A DNA stretch of 63,086 nucleotides, the filler included, from Octopus bimaculoides (Eukaryota): the NCBI RefSeq assembly GCF_001194135.2. It is 5 parts of 5 records of this genome, joined end to end, with 100 filler letters (N's around TTAATTAATTAA, not from the genome) between each part and the next. Parts side by side here need not be neighbours in the genome. Positions count along the whole stretch, not along the records: positions 60,505 to 63,086 come from NC_068987.1; 4 more parts are not named here. One strand, given 5' to 3'. How positions within the stretch are numbered: the stretch's first letter is position 1; the number at the start of each line of letters is the position of its first letter. The notes under the pieces are model-generated. The model made no database searches, was not told where the DNA came from, and worked only from the letters and a program-made list of their open reading frames with translations. Below, piece after piece: positions 61,803 through 63,086 of this stretch. Position numbers and translations under genes: made by a program.

Positions 61803-62347
61803 TGTGTATTGAGAAAAAAGGAAGTCGTCAGAATTTTGGAAAAATAATTTTTTTATTTAGTCATTATTATTAACGCTTTCGTTCGTTTTTCGAACTTGTC
61901 AAATGAAATTTCTTTGTGAATGTAGAAATGTACAAGCAGATTGTTTATTTCTATAGATGGTTTTTAATGTTTTTTGTAGAAGAGGAGAACATTGTTTTTG
62001 TTTTTCTCCAGGACAATGGAGATAGATAGGTAGATAGATAGATAGCCAGACAGACAGATAGGTAGAGAGAGGGAGGAGGGAGGGACCTCCACTTCAATTT
62101 TGACTTCCATTTATTTATTTATTTATTTAGCCATTTACCATTCTATTGAAATGAGTTCAAGGATGGTGATCTCTCCTAGGATGCAGTGCGGTCATCACTA
62201 AGAGCATGCTTTTTTTTGCTCTCAGTGATGACCGCACCTCATCCTAGGAGAGGTCAACATCCTTGAACTAATTTCAATAGAATGGTTAATGACTAAATAA
62301 ATAAATAAATGAAAGGAAGTCAAATTTGAAGGGGATCCCTCTCTCCA

Positions 62348-62385
<38 letters not shown>

Positions 62386-62393
62386 CCTATCTG

Positions 62394-62426
<33 letters not shown>

Positions 62427-62441
62427 TTATCTATCTATCTA

Positions 62442-62532
<91 letters not shown>

Positions 62533-62765
62533 CCATTGTCCTGGAACCTCACCCCCAAAAAACAAAAACAAAAACACAAAAACAATGTTCTCTTCTAAAC
62601 AAAACAAAAAAGAAATGTTTTATATAAATAAACAATCTGTTTGTACATTCACAAAAAATGTTATTTGACAAGTTCGAAAAACGAACGAAAGCGTTAATAA
62701 TAACGACTAAATAGAAAAAAATCTTTTTCCAAAATTCTGGCGACCTCTTCTTTTCTCAATATGCA
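61803..62765. repeat. ~960-bp fold-back palindrome with a 10-nt central loop (62207-62216)
   Basis: Left arm 61803-62206 is the reverse complement of right arm 62217-62765, including (GATA)n/(TATC)n tracts of unequal length. Confidence 0.88.
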
Positions 62766-62938
62766 ATATCTGTACACCACCTCTCCCTAGTCTCTCTCTC
62801 TCTCTCTCCATATATATATATATATATATATATAGTGAGAATTTACAAAAAACAAAAACAAAAAACAAAACAAAAGATTTAGACGGGTGTATAAGCAACA
62901 AACAGATGTATTAGTTTAACGCTTGGGAATGAGAAAGT

Positions 62939-62974
62939 CTTTCACGTTTCGAGCCTACGCTCTTCGACAGAAAG
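62939..62974 (-). other. Minimal type I hammerhead-like fold with U at core position 6 and G at position 17
   Basis: CTTT-CTGTCGA-A-GAGC-GTAG-GCTC-GAAA-CGT-G-AAAG; second family copy at 55731-55747 reads CTGTTGA. Confidence 0.55.
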
Positions 62975-63086
62975 TAATTCAGAAATAAACAGGGAGAGAA
63001 AATAGAAAAAGCTTTAGTGGCTAGCGATCTAAGATGGTGAATGCCCGACAGAGGGGTATAAATATATATATATATATACATATATA

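Overview
Eukaryotic, AT-rich draft-assembly sequence, dense in microsatellites and SINEs and broken by many N gaps. The repeat landscape looks like an octopus genome (inference). Left half (5.5-30.2 kb): a single-isoacceptor tRNA-Glu(TTC) cluster with 12 essentially intact genes and 6 pseudogenes or fragments on both strands. It was built by tandem and inverted duplication, including a ~1.7-kb palindrome centred on a TIR element. It has a positionally fixed upstream AT-rich motif at -36/-35, a rearranged RTE LINE, and hammerhead-ribozyme-like relics in three spacer units. Right half: mostly TE relics, one long intact exon encoding an alpha-kinase (eEF2K/MHCK/vwkA family) domain with an unusual ~35-aa insertion (49904-50831, +), two exons of a UPF0764/C16orf89-like gene (-), further minimal hammerhead-like folds with non-canonical cores, and a ~960-bp fold-back palindrome. 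Most ORFs in the supplied track are microsatellite, gap or antisense artefacts. All alignments and folds were done by eye and TE boundaries are approximate.
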